From Planctomycetota bacterium (GTDB lineage Bacteria; Planctomycetota; GCA-002687715; CAIWVZ01), in assembly GCA_044222185.1 (NCBI GenBank), contig JBGANV010000003.1, positions 96,001 to 160,000 on the forward strand: a DNA stretch of 64,000 nt, in the 5' to 3' direction. The position numbers and the translations under genes were made by a program. The notes under the pieces are model-generated. The model saw only the letters and a list, made by a program, of their open reading frames with translations. It was not told the origin of the DNA and ran no database searches. Positions 10,627 through 20,232 of this stretch are shown here, one piece after another. Within the stretch, counting starts at the first letter, position 1, and each line of letters begins with the position of its first letter.

Positions 10627-12306
10627 ATGCCCAGGCCCCCGGTGAACGCACCCGACGGACAACCGGGAACGGTGGCGCTCCTGGCGATCCCAGCCCTCGT
10701 CGCATGCCTCGTCGCATTCCCGTCGATCGGCGGTGGATTCGTCCGCGACGATCACGAGTACGTCCGCACCAACCCCCACGTTCAGGGCCCCGCAGGCCTG
10801 GGGGTGATCTTCTCGTCGACGTTTCCGCCCACGCGACCGCTGGGTCTCTACCGGCCTGTGACGACGCTCTCGCTTCGGGCCGATCGCCTGGTTCGCACGA
10901 AGTCCGAACCCGGGGTATTCCACCTGACGAACATGGCGCTCGCGGCGATCGCGAGCGCTCTCGTGGCCGCGCTCGGCCGGCGCCTCGGGCTTGCTCCGCG
11001 GTACGCACTGGCGTCGGGTGTCGTCTTCGCCGCTCACGCAGCTCGATCCGAGGCGGTCTGCTGGATCTCCGGTCGCGCGGAGGACCTCCTGTGCGTGTTC
11101 GCGATCGGAGCGCTCGTCGTCGCTGCCGGCCCCAAGGGCAGCTGGCGCGGCCCGCTCGCCGCCGCGCTGGCGATCCTCGCTGCGTGGTCGAAGGAGCAGG
11201 GGTTCGTGCTTGCGGCGCTCCTCCCCATGCTTCCAGGGCTCGCGCGGCGTGACCGCATCGCGCGCACGATCTGGGTCGCTCTGGGGCTATGTGCAGCGTT
11301 CGCCGTGAGGTGGTGGGTCGTCGGCGGTGTGTCGCTCGCACCTGGTATGGCCGTCCTCGACGGTTTCGGGTTCGGCTCCCGCTGCCTCGCAGGCGCCGAA
11401 CTCCTGTGCCGATACGTGGCGATGATCGTCTGGCCCAACCCACTTCTCGTCGAGTACGACGAGTCGCGCATCGTCACGGGTGCCGCGTCGGTCGCAGCAA
11501 TCGCGGGCGCAGCGATCGCCGCCGGAACGATCACGGCCGTCGTGCGCTGGCCGAAGTACCCGCGAGCAGCCTTCGCAGTCGTCCTTTTCGTCATCCCACT
11601 CGTGCCGGTGCTGAACGTGTTCGTCAGGACGGGTGAGATCTTCGCCGAGCGGTTCCTCGCGTTGCCGACCGCGGGAGCCGCCCTGCTCGTCGGGCTCGCG
11701 GCGGCGCGGATCGGCAGGGCGGGGACGGGCCTCATGTGGGGCGCGGCGTTCGCTCTCGCGGTCGTGTCGGGACTGCGCGCCACCGACTGGAAGTCGGAGC
11801 GCTCCGCCTGTGACGCACAGATGCGGGACGCGCCCGACGCGGCCGGATCCATGTGGATGATGGCCACGTCGTTGCTGTTGCCGGAGGGCGGTACGCGGCC
11901 CGCGGATCCACGGGACCGCGCGCAGGCGCGAGCCCTCCTCGAGTCGGCCGTGAGGGTCGATCCGGGGCACGTTCCTGCCCGGTTGACGCTTTCCGTCGTT
12001 CGAGAACAGGATCGCGCGGCGACCGGGGGCCCGGTGAGCTCGGACGAGATCGCGTTTCTCGAAGAGAGCGTGCGGCGCGCGCCCGCCATGCCTCAGTTGC
12101 ACGGGCTGCTCGGCCTGGCTCTCCGGCGTGCGGGCCGCGCGAGCGATGCGAAGCTCGCGTTCGAACGCGAGCTGTCGATCATGCCCACGGATGGCACCGC
12201 GTCCGAGAATCTCGCCAACATCCTCGAGCAGGCCGGCGATCCCGACGGCGCCGCACGCGTCCGCGCGAACCAACGGCGCGCCGTCGAGGCGGCGCGGTCG
12301 CGCTGA
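10627..12306 (+). CDS. TMTC-like GT-C fold membrane glycosyltransferase with C-terminal TPRs
   Basis: FVRDD, YRPV, FHLTN, H...SEAVCWISGR, SKE and AERFLALP motifs; many TM helices; TPR tail. Start uncertain (10549-10642). Confidence 0.78.
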   Translation: MPRPPVNAPDGQPGTVALLAIPALVACLVAFPSIGGGFVRDDHEYVRTNPHVQGPAGLGVIFSSTFPPTRPLGLYRPVTTLSLRADRLVRTKSEPGVFHLTNMALAAIASALVAALGRRLGLAPRYALASGVVFAAHAARSEAVCWISGRAEDLLCVFAIGALVVAAGPKGSWRGPLAAALAILAAWSKEQGFVLAALLPMLPGLARRDRIARTIWVALGLCAAFAVRWWVVGGVSLAPGMAVLDGFGFGSRCLAGAELLCRYVAMIVWPNPLLVEYDESRIVTGAASVAAIAGAAIAAGTITAVVRWPKYPRAAFAVVLFVIPLVPVLNVFVRTGEIFAERFLALPTAGAALLVGLAAARIGRAGTGLMWGAAFALAVVSGLRATDWKSERSACDAQMRDAPDAAGSMWMMATSLLLPEGGTRPADPRDRAQARALLESAVRVDPGHVPARLTLSVVREQDRAATGGPVSSDEIAFLEESVRRAPAMPQLHGLLGLALRRAGRASDAKLAFERELSIMPTDGTASENLANILEQAGDPDGAARVRANQRRAVEAARSR

Positions 12307-12315
12307 CGAGCACCG

Positions 12316-14187
12316 TCACTTCTTCGCCGGCGGATCGTCGCTCGATGGCCGCAGCCGGACCGTCACGCGGGCCCCGTCGGCCGGAACCGCGAAGTGCTCG
12401 TCGGTGAACCGCCCCTGGTCGCAGCCGACCGAAATCCACACCGCGTCGTCGAAGACCGGTTCCACGCGGATTCCCTCGTCGTCACCCGCGATGCGGAGAG
12501 TCTCCAGATCGTCGCGCAGGCCGCGCACGGACGCGCGCACGTTCGTCGGAGTCCTTCCGTCCGGGCTGATGACCGTCAGGTAGAAGTGCCGAAAGGTCAG
12601 GCTCGGCACGGAGACTTCCACGTCGTGGCCGCGCGTCAGCTCGACGGCCGTGCTCCACAGCGTCGTCACGAAGCTCGGGTGGCGAACCTCGATGGTCGCC
12701 ATCCCGGTCGATGGAAGCGCGGGGAAATCGACGAACTGTGACCCGATGAGCGATTCGAACCACTCCCCCTCCGCGACGCGCGCCCGCACGATGAGCGTGG
12801 AGCGACCGGGCAGTTCCACGGCGCCGACGAGCACGCGCAGACGGGACTGCCGCGACAACGTCACGACGATCTCGGACGTCGACGCCGGATCGAGCGTCGC
12901 GCGCGCCGACTCGTATCCGCGCTTGAAGAACTCGAACTCGCCGGCGACCGGAAAACCGGACGTCGTGCGGCCATCCGCATCGGTATCGGCGAGTGCAGCC
13001 CACACGAGCCCTGATGTCACTCGCTCCGCGACCGCGATGGGACGACCACGCACGCCGGCGATCGGCTCACCGCGATCGTCGACGACGCGAACGCGGACCT
13101 TCGATGCGGGGGCCACCGTCACGACCCCCAGATCCCGGGAGCCATCGGCGAGATCGCCGAGCTCCATGCGACCGCGGAGCCGCAACGTCGGACCCCGCTC
13201 GAAGATTCGGATCGACGCCGACGGGAGCGGAGTTCGAGGCAATTCGATGGAGAACGAACCATCCGCGGCGACGTCCCCGTCGGCGAGGAACGACTGGTCT
13301 GCCGTCGTCCGCGCCTCGAGGCGAACCTGCGCCGTCCAGCACGGTGCCGCGCCCGTCTCGCCGTCGAATAGCCGGCCCGAGAGCCGCGGAGGTCCGAAGA
13401 GCCAGACGTCGACGGCGGAAGCGCCTCCTGGCGTCAACGTGATCACGTTGCCGAAAGCCGCGGCCCCGGATCGCGAGTCGAGGAGGAACGGAACTCCGAC
13501 GGACAGCCGGACGCTCGCGGTCTTCGGGAGCCCGCGAAGCGCGAACTTCCCGTCCCTCGCCGACACTCCGGAGCGCCGTTGGGTCGCGGATTCCGGCCTG
13601 ACCGTGTCGTACACGACCGCCGACCAGGGAACCGGGCGCGAGGGCGCTCCGCCATCGACCCAGAACTGCCCGCAGATCTGCGCGGGACCCTTCACGACGA
13701 CGCAACACCTCGCAATCCCGCTCGGCAGAGGCTCACGGACGACGCCGCTTCCGTGGATGGGCGGCAGATCGACCTCGACCACGGAGTCCCCCGCTGGCGC
13801 CTCGATTGCGGCCACGCCCAGTTCGTCGGTCCATTCCTGCTCGGCTCGGCACCCCGGCGGCATGTTCGCAGGCACGATCCGCACGAGCGTCGCGTCCACG
13901 GGAACCCCACCTTCGAAGACGACGTGGATCTCGACCTTCCCGTCGGCGCGCCGAACGCCATCGTCGGCGACGAGTTCCTCCAGAGACGAGTCGAAGAGAG
14001 ATGGAGTCACTGCCGGCAGTGGAGTCGCGCGCGTGTCGGCGGCCTGCTCCGGGACGCCCGGGGGCGCTTGCGCGGGAGCCGGGAGCGGAGGCGGCCGGGA
14101 CATCGCGGCGCCGTCCATGAGCAGCATGCCTGCGCAGACGGCCATCGCAACGATGACGACGATCACCACCACAGCGCGAGCCGACAT
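12316..14187 (-). CDS. Exported protein with carboxypeptidase-regulatory-like beta-sandwich repeats
   Basis: N-terminal TM/signal, Pro/Ala linker, repeats such as WTDELG, SARDGKFALRGLP, VAADGSFSI, VVDDRGEPIAG..TDADG. GGAGG RBS. Confidence 0.72.
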   Translation of the reverse strand: MSARAVVVIVVIVAMAVCAGMLLMDGAAMSRPPPLPAPAQAPPGVPEQAADTRATPLPAVTPSLFDSSLEELVADDGVRRADGKVEIHVVFEGGVPVDATLVRIVPANMPPGCRAEQEWTDELGVAAIEAPAGDSVVEVDLPPIHGSGVVREPLPSGIARCCVVVKGPAQICGQFWVDGGAPSRPVPWSAVVYDTVRPESATQRRSGVSARDGKFALRGLPKTASVRLSVGVPFLLDSRSGAAAFGNVITLTPGGASAVDVWLFGPPRLSGRLFDGETGAAPCWTAQVRLEARTTADQSFLADGDVAADGSFSIELPRTPLPSASIRIFERGPTLRLRGRMELGDLADGSRDLGVVTVAPASKVRVRVVDDRGEPIAGVRGRPIAVAERVTSGLVWAALADTDADGRTTSGFPVAGEFEFFKRGYESARATLDPASTSEIVVTLSRQSRLRVLVGAVELPGRSTLIVRARVAEGEWFESLIGSQFVDFPALPSTGMATIEVRHPSFVTTLWSTAVELTRGHDVEVSVPSLTFRHFYLTVISPDGRTPTNVRASVRGLRDDLETLRIAGDDEGIRVEPVFDDAVWISVGCDQGRFTDEHFAVPADGARVTVRLRPSSDDPPAKK

Positions 14188-14262
14188 GAACGCCTCCAAT
14201 GCCTGGCGGGCCGGCGCATTCTAATGCCGGTCGTCGCTGGGTGGCCACCGATCGGGGAGCGG

Positions 14263-16122
14263 TCAGTCGAACCGGGACACCCGGAGCTTCCTGAGCATGG
14301 CTCGCTTCTTCTGCTGATGGTCCTGCATGCGCTTCAGGACGTTGTCCAGGAATCGCACCGTCGCGACGGCGTGGGGCCCCTTGTTCAACATGACGCACTC
14401 CGCGCGGACGCTCATGGCGGCGTCGGTCACTTCCGCCCGCGACGGCGTGCCCTTCTTCGACATGGATTCGAGGACCTGCGTGGCCCAGACGACGGGAACG
14501 TGTGCGGCCTCGCAGAGCCAGAGGATCTCCTCCTGGACCTCAGCGAGCCGCTCGAAGCCCATCTCCACGGCGAGGTCTCCCCGGGCGATCATCACGCCGA
14601 CGGGCGGCGAGCGGAGGCCGGTCAGGAGGATCTTCGGCAGGTTCTCGAACGCCTCGCGCGTCTCCACCTTGAGCATGATCCCGAGGTGTGCCGCCCCGCG
14701 CCGCGCCAGTTCCTCCTCGAGGAGCAGGACGTCCTCGTGGCTACGAAGGAAGGACAGACCGATCATGTCCGCATGCGTCGCCGCGAAGTCCAGGTCGGCG
14801 AGGTCCTTCGCCGTGAGCGCCGGAAGGTCGAGATGACTGTCGGGGAGGTTGATGCCCTTGTCGGCGCCCAATCGCACCCCCTTCGGACCCGCCTGGGTGA
14901 CTCTCACCTCCAGGCTGTCCGGGCTCACGCGCGTGATCATGCCACCGACCTTGCCATCGTCGAGCCAGACGCGGTCGCCCACTCGCGTGTCCCGAAACAC
15001 CTCGGGGAGCCTGCACGGCACGCGGGCCGGGACCACGACCGCGCCCGCGGCATCCCGCTGCTCGCGCGACCCGTGCGTGGCGTCACGCGTCAGCACCATC
15101 ACGTCGCCGTTTCGCAGCAACGCCCGTGCGTCGACCTCCACGGGTACGTGCGTGCAACCCGATGCGATCGTGCGGCCGTTGCGCAGCACCGTGAGCGGCG
15201 TCCCGGCACGCACGTAGGCTCCGTCGTCACACGTGGCGATGACACCTCCCGTCGCCTCCACGCGCTCGACGGACAGGCGGAGCTTGCGCCCCCTCGCCTC
15301 GGTAAGGGAAATCTCATCGCCGGCCTGGAGCCGCGCGAGCGCCGCCACGTCGATCCCGAGCGTCGCGTCCTCATCGCGACCGACGACGGCCCCATCCGCG
15401 GCGATCAGCCGAACCCGGGCCGGAGCGATGGTTGCGCCGAACTCGTCGCGCGCGGGCTTCCAGCGAACGACGTTCGCCTGCGACGCGATCGGACCCGTTC
15501 GCAGCTTGGGCCCTCCCAGGTCGATCAGGACGCGGCAACGCCGACCGCTGGCGTCGCTCGCGCGCCGAAGGTTCCTGACCATCCGCTCCCACGCTTCCGG
15601 CCCATCGTGCGCCGCGTTGATGCGCATGACGTCCATGCCGGCATCCAGGAGCCCACGTACGAGGTCGGGATCGGACGCCGCCTCGGACGGCATCGTCACC
15701 ATGATTCGGACGTCGCGTCCCTCCGGACGAGCACCGAACATCTCCTGCGTGTTGCGGCGGAGCAGTTCACGCCCCACCCGGAAGTCGACGGGAGCGAGGT
15801 TCGACGACGGTCCGCGCCGGCGGTCGACGCCAGACATCCGACTCAGCGCCCACAGCACGGCATCGAGGCTCGCGAGGACGTGAGCCTCGCTCCGACCCAG
15901 CGACGAGAGCCCGACCGACGCCAGCTCTGATTGAAGATCGCGAAGGTCATGCTGCCGGAGCGCGACGTAGTGAACGAGATTGCACGCGCTCGCACGAGCG
16001 GCCGGCGCTGCCCGGTCGATGGCGGCACGGTGCTCGGCCTCGGTCGCGAGCAACTGCTCGCGCAGGGCCTCGACGGCCGCGAGCGTTCGGGCGGAGAACT
16101 CGACCGCAGGTTCTGGCGTCAC
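14263..16122 (-). CDS. pyk: Pyruvate kinase, long form with N-terminal extension and enlarged B domain
   Basis: RIMVTMP, GMDVMRINAAH, DLGGPKLRTG, KGINLP, LKVET, VMIARGDLAVE, WATQVLESM, PSRAEVTDA. Start GTG 16122 (or 16149). Confidence 0.9.
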   Translation of the reverse strand: MTPEPAVEFSARTLAAVEALREQLLATEAEHRAAIDRAAPAARASACNLVHYVALRQHDLRDLQSELASVGLSSLGRSEAHVLASLDAVLWALSRMSGVDRRRGPSSNLAPVDFRVGRELLRRNTQEMFGARPEGRDVRIMVTMPSEAASDPDLVRGLLDAGMDVMRINAAHDGPEAWERMVRNLRRASDASGRRCRVLIDLGGPKLRTGPIASQANVVRWKPARDEFGATIAPARVRLIAADGAVVGRDEDATLGIDVAALARLQAGDEISLTEARGRKLRLSVERVEATGGVIATCDDGAYVRAGTPLTVLRNGRTIASGCTHVPVEVDARALLRNGDVMVLTRDATHGSREQRDAAGAVVVPARVPCRLPEVFRDTRVGDRVWLDDGKVGGMITRVSPDSLEVRVTQAGPKGVRLGADKGINLPDSHLDLPALTAKDLADLDFAATHADMIGLSFLRSHEDVLLLEEELARRGAAHLGIMLKVETREAFENLPKILLTGLRSPPVGVMIARGDLAVEMGFERLAEVQEEILWLCEAAHVPVVWATQVLESMSKKGTPSRAEVTDAAMSVRAECVMLNKGPHAVATVRFLDNVLKRMQDHQQKKRAMLRKLRVSRFD

Positions 16123-16224
16123 GGCTCGGCTCCACGTTTGCGACCGCACGGACCCCCGAAAACGACGCGCGCGCCGCCCGCGTCACGGGACACGGTGGCG
16201 CGCGCTTGCGGATCGAACCAGGAA

Positions 16225-19125
16225 CTACCTGATCTTGTGCATCACGTCGACGTCTGCGGCCTCACCCGGGCCGTGGCAGACGTTGCAGGACTCCTGTCCC
16301 GTGGACGACACCTTCGTGTCCATGTGCGCGCCAGCCTCCACCGTGTCGTGGCACGAGCTGCATGCCGTCTTCCACGGCTGCGCGTGCATCGTCATGTTGG
16401 TGGGGTGATCGCGGTCCGTGAAGCTCTGCCACGGTTTGGCGGAGCCATGGCACTTGGCGCAGCTCTTCACGCCCTCGGGCATCGCGGGGAACCCGACCTC
16501 ACCGACCGCGAATGCCGACCAGTTGTTGGGATAGGTCGATCCGCCGCCGAGCGCGAGCGTGTCGGCGGCTGCGTTCTCGAGCTGGGTTCCTGCATGCAGG
16601 CGATGCAGGAACTGGCGGAAGTGGACGCCGATCCCCAGCGTCGCCGGCGCGTTGGGCGCCACGTATTGCGGACGGTCCGCGAAGCCCGACATGCCGTGGC
16701 ACAGGATGCACGTGTCGTATCCGCGTCGGCCCGAACCGTGCGCGAGCACCATGTCGTGGCAGGAATCACAGGAGGCTCCCGACGTCAGGTACGCGGTCGG
16801 TTCGAGCGTGGTCGCGGATCCCACGAGGAAGTCCACGGTCATCGGGTCGCTGGCAATCCGGTAGGTCTGCGTTTCGCCGTGGCGAGCCACGACGGCGTTG
16901 AACGAATCCCAGATGCCGATCGTGTACGTCCCGCTCGCGATCGGCTTCCCGCTCCAATTGCCGTCGTTCTCGGACAGGTCCGCCGATTCGTTCAGTGCGT
17001 TCGGGTAAAGAGCCGGCAGCTGGAAGTCCGTCGTGTAGGTCACGATGACCTGGTTGCCCGTGCCGAATTCCGTGACCTCGGTGATCTGCCCCGTGGCCGC
17101 GTTCACCGTGTAGTCCGTCGTGACGGTCTTCGTCGTGAGGGTCACGGGCGCGACCGACACGCCCGACGCATGCGAGTACCGCAGCGACGGCTGGTAGGTG
17201 GACGAGCCGCCGGACGCGAACCACAGCCGGTTGCCGGAGACGGTCTGGACTCGGAGGTACTCCTCCTTCCCGGGGACACCCGATTCGATCACCAGGTAAC
17301 CGTCCCTCACGAAGCCCGCGGCGCTCGCCACGTCGATGTAGTTCTGCATCGGGACGCCGGCGGCGGTGAGAGTCGTCGACGCAGCCGTCGCCGTCCGAAC
17401 GCGCACGGACGTCAGAGCGTTGGTCACGTTCCATTGCGGGATGCGCGCGGTCGTGAACGTCTCCAAGGCCCCCGTCGACGTGCCGACCAGCTCCAGTTGG
17501 ACGAGTTCAGGCACGTTGACGTTGTAGGTCGGTCCGGTGCCGAGCGCCGCGACCGGAATCGACAGGTTGTTGACGAAGTTGCGATTGTTGGTCGGCCCGA
17601 CGATCACGCAGCTGACCGACCCCGCGAGTGCCGACGGCGCGATGGGCGCGCCCAGGTCGTTGGTGATGGTGAACGTCAGCGCGATCTTCTCGCCGACGTC
17701 TATGCGCCCGTTGGCGTTGTTCGCGCCGGCCTCGGCGACGGTCTGAAGGTTGATGTGGATGCCCGTGTTGATCGCGGGATCCGTCATCGGGTGCGTGTGT
17801 GCTTCCTGCGTGTCGAGGATTCCCGTCGGGCTGTGACAGGTCGCGCAGGCCGAGTCATCGGGCTGCGGCGGCATCGCGAGGACGTTCGCCTCGTAAGGCT
17901 TCGTCCAGTCGATGTCGTCGTGGCAGGAACCGCACGCACGGCGGGTGGGGTTCGTGTAGATCGTGTCGCCCTGCGCGGGTGCCGTGAGCGGGCCCGAGCC
18001 GTCTGGATCGCCGTGACACTTGGCGCACGCCGTGACACCGGTCCGGATCGTGTCGTCGAGCGCCTTCTGTGTCGTCGTCAGCGCCGTGTATCCGAAGCGA
18101 CGCGGCATCGCCGACGAAAGGTTCGGCCAAACGGGGAAGACGACCTCGGAGAAGTCGAGTACCGAGTTGTTGAAGCCGACGAGCTTGTACGGCGTCGGCG
18201 TCGCCCCGTAGTTCCGCGTGCCGTCGCTGTTCGTCGAGACGCCGAGTACGGATGGCAGGTGCTCGCCGTTGTGGATCTTGTGGATCATCACACGGAAGTC
18301 GATCGATGCGCCGGGCGTGCCGCCCTCCACGGATGCCACGTTGCGATCCTCGGAGCCCGAGGTGTGGCACAGCACGCAGAGCTTGACGTCACGGCGGAAG
18401 GTCCCATGCGCGCGGACCTGGTCGTGGCATTGGGCGCAGTTCTCGTTCTTGACCAGCTCTCGGTGCTCGATCGTCGTCGCGCCCCCGAAGAGGAAGTCGC
18501 GCGTGACGTTGATCGGGTCACGATAGACCGTCTGTCCGACGATGTAGTTCTTGTAGCCCTCGATGCCGAGGGTGTACGTGCCGGGCACGAGCGCCTGGCC
18601 AGTGAGCTCGCCGTCGCCGGCGCCGAACGCCGTCGTGTCGTTCAACGGCGCGCCGAACGTCGCCGGGATCGGCATCGGGAACGTGTAGCTGTACGTGCCG
18701 TCCGTGTTAGTGACCGTTCGCGAGATGAAGTCCGTCTGGCGCGGAATCACGACCTGGTAGTTGGACGACGGCCCGGAGATGTAGGCGGAGGCCGAGTTCA
18801 GATCGGTGACCTTCAGCGCGGTTCCGTTGGTCTTCGTCAGAGTGAAATTGATGACGGGCGTATCACCGACGCGGAACGAGCCGCCAGCGCCAGTGCCGCC
18901 GGCGAACGAAGTGATCGTGAAGACTGCGCCGGGGAGGCTTTCGTAGATGTTCAGCGGAACGGGATCCGGTGGAGTCACGACGACTCCGCCGCCACCACCT
19001 CCGCCACCGCCGCCGCCTCCTCCTCCCCCACCACCGCCACCACCACCACACGCCACGAATGCGAACCCAGCGACCGCCGCCACCACGAGGCGGATGAAGC
19101 ACGGTCGTAGTCTTGTTGAACGCAT
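16225..19125 (-). CDS. Decaheme c-type cytochrome lipoprotein, MtrC/OmcA family
   Basis: Ten CxxCH motifs in two blocks of five: CAQCH CVLCH CAKCH CGSCH CATCH, then CDSCH CILCH CAKCH CSSCH CNVCH. Also MIHKIH and FLHRLH, DGTYSYTF, and a lipobox FVAC. Confidence 0.92.
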   Translation of the reverse strand: MRSTRLRPCFIRLVVAAVAGFAFVACGGGGGGGGGGGGGGGGGGGGGVVVTPPDPVPLNIYESLPGAVFTITSFAGGTGAGGSFRVGDTPVINFTLTKTNGTALKVTDLNSASAYISGPSSNYQVVIPRQTDFISRTVTNTDGTYSYTFPMPIPATFGAPLNDTTAFGAGDGELTGQALVPGTYTLGIEGYKNYIVGQTVYRDPINVTRDFLFGGATTIEHRELVKNENCAQCHDQVRAHGTFRRDVKLCVLCHTSGSEDRNVASVEGGTPGASIDFRVMIHKIHNGEHLPSVLGVSTNSDGTRNYGATPTPYKLVGFNNSVLDFSEVVFPVWPNLSSAMPRRFGYTALTTTQKALDDTIRTGVTACAKCHGDPDGSGPLTAPAQGDTIYTNPTRRACGSCHDDIDWTKPYEANVLAMPPQPDDSACATCHSPTGILDTQEAHTHPMTDPAINTGIHINLQTVAEAGANNANGRIDVGEKIALTFTITNDLGAPIAPSALAGSVSCVIVGPTNNRNFVNNLSIPVAALGTGPTYNVNVPELVQLELVGTSTGALETFTTARIPQWNVTNALTSVRVRTATAASTTLTAAGVPMQNYIDVASAAGFVRDGYLVIESGVPGKEEYLRVQTVSGNRLWFASGGSSTYQPSLRYSHASGVSVAPVTLTTKTVTTDYTVNAATGQITEVTEFGTGNQVIVTYTTDFQLPALYPNALNESADLSENDGNWSGKPIASGTYTIGIWDSFNAVVARHGETQTYRIASDPMTVDFLVGSATTLEPTAYLTSGASCDSCHDMVLAHGSGRRGYDTCILCHGMSGFADRPQYVAPNAPATLGIGVHFRQFLHRLHAGTQLENAAADTLALGGGSTYPNNWSAFAVGEVGFPAMPEGVKSCAKCHGSAKPWQSFTDRDHPTNMTMHAQPWKTACSSCHDTVEAGAHMDTKVSSTGQESCNVCHGPGEAADVDVMHKIR
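18985..19047 (-). repeat. Poly-glycine tract (21 Gly) directly after the lipidated Cys
   Basis: 21 consecutive GGN codons, using all four Gly codons. Confidence 0.95.
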
Positions 19126-19433
19126 GTGCTGCACTCCGATTGACCAACGAACCTTCCGTCACCGTTTGGCGACGGAGGAACGTAGGTGCGCGCGGGAGCG
19201 TTCCGAATAAGGCTCATGCGCAGTCAGAAGTGCCCATTGGGCGTATGAGAAGGTCTCAAGTCCGAGGACTTCGACCGTCAAATCGAGATCGACTCGCAGG
19301 CGCGCCGGTTCCTCGCCGCACTCCCGGTCGAGACGGCGCAGCACACTCGCGCACGCCCGGAGGATCACCGTCGTCGACGGTCCGCGACGAGAGCTCGTGA
19401 TCTGCGTGAGCCGCTCGCCGCATGCGCTCGCGC

Positions 19434-20210
19434 TCACGGGTGTGGCGCCGCGCCGCGCGGCCGGGCCGTGCCGCCGCCGAGGAGCATGCAGACGCCGTCG
19501 GGAACGTGGGCGAAAGACGTCCAGCCTGCCCCCACCGAATCCTCGAGCCAGAACTCGATCGGCCGCGACTTGCCGGCGTCCCCGCAGAACTCCATGGGCT
19601 CTGCCGCCCGAAAGCACGTCCGCAACCAATCGTCGACGACGTCGGCCTCGATCCGCAGCTCGCCATCCGTGACGGCGAGGAGCCAGTCGCGCCGCAAGCT
19701 CGGCTCCCCGGGAAACTCCCCGAGGACTCCGCAGGGCGCCGTCCATTGGCACAGCCGTGCAGCCTCGCGCGAGTCGAGTCGCGGAAGGTCGTCGCGGTGC
19801 GGGAAACGGCGGTTGAGCGCGCGGAGGCGCTCCCAAGCAGCGGGGCCGAACAGCGGTGCTCCCCGGCTGCGCAGGAACGGGGGCGGGCCGTAGTCGTCCA
19901 GTTCCCAAGCGCCTCGGCCCATGGCGCCAAAGGAAGGAACCCAGATGACTCGATCACCGATGCGTCGGAGGGCCACCCACCCCCCGGGCGCACAACCTGC
20001 GCATCCGCAATACTCGCATGCCGAAACCTGGGTCGCGTCCGGATCCACGTCGACCCACTCGATCGCGTCCACGAGGCGGACCCCCGACGCGAGGACGGTC
20101 GTGTCACGACGACGCGACTGACCCCATGACGACAGGTCGAACTCGGCGGTCGTGACCTGGATGTCGTCCGCGCACCAAGCCACCGACGCCGACTGGCGGT
20201 TCGCCGTCAT
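19434..20210 (-). CDS. Hypothetical protein with a CxxCxCxxC motif
   Basis: 258 aa of globular composition containing ACEYCGCAGCAPGGW; fills the gap in the minus-strand gene run. Confidence 0.65.
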   Translation of the reverse strand: MTANRQSASVAWCADDIQVTTAEFDLSSWGQSRRRDTTVLASGVRLVDAIEWVDVDPDATQVSACEYCGCAGCAPGGWVALRRIGDRVIWVPSFGAMGRGAWELDDYGPPPFLRSRGAPLFGPAAWERLRALNRRFPHRDDLPRLDSREAARLCQWTAPCGVLGEFPGEPSLRRDWLLAVTDGELRIEADVVDDWLRTCFRAAEPMEFCGDAGKSRPIEFWLEDSVGAGWTSFAHVPDGVCMLLGGGTARPRGAAPHP

Positions 20211-20232
20211 CCGAGTGCGCCCCTTGCCGCCG

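Noticed and set aside
15931-19110. 1059-aa plus-strand ORF, and the poly-Pro ORF at 18947..19210
   Set aside because: Antisense shadows of the cytochrome gene and its poly-Gly tract.
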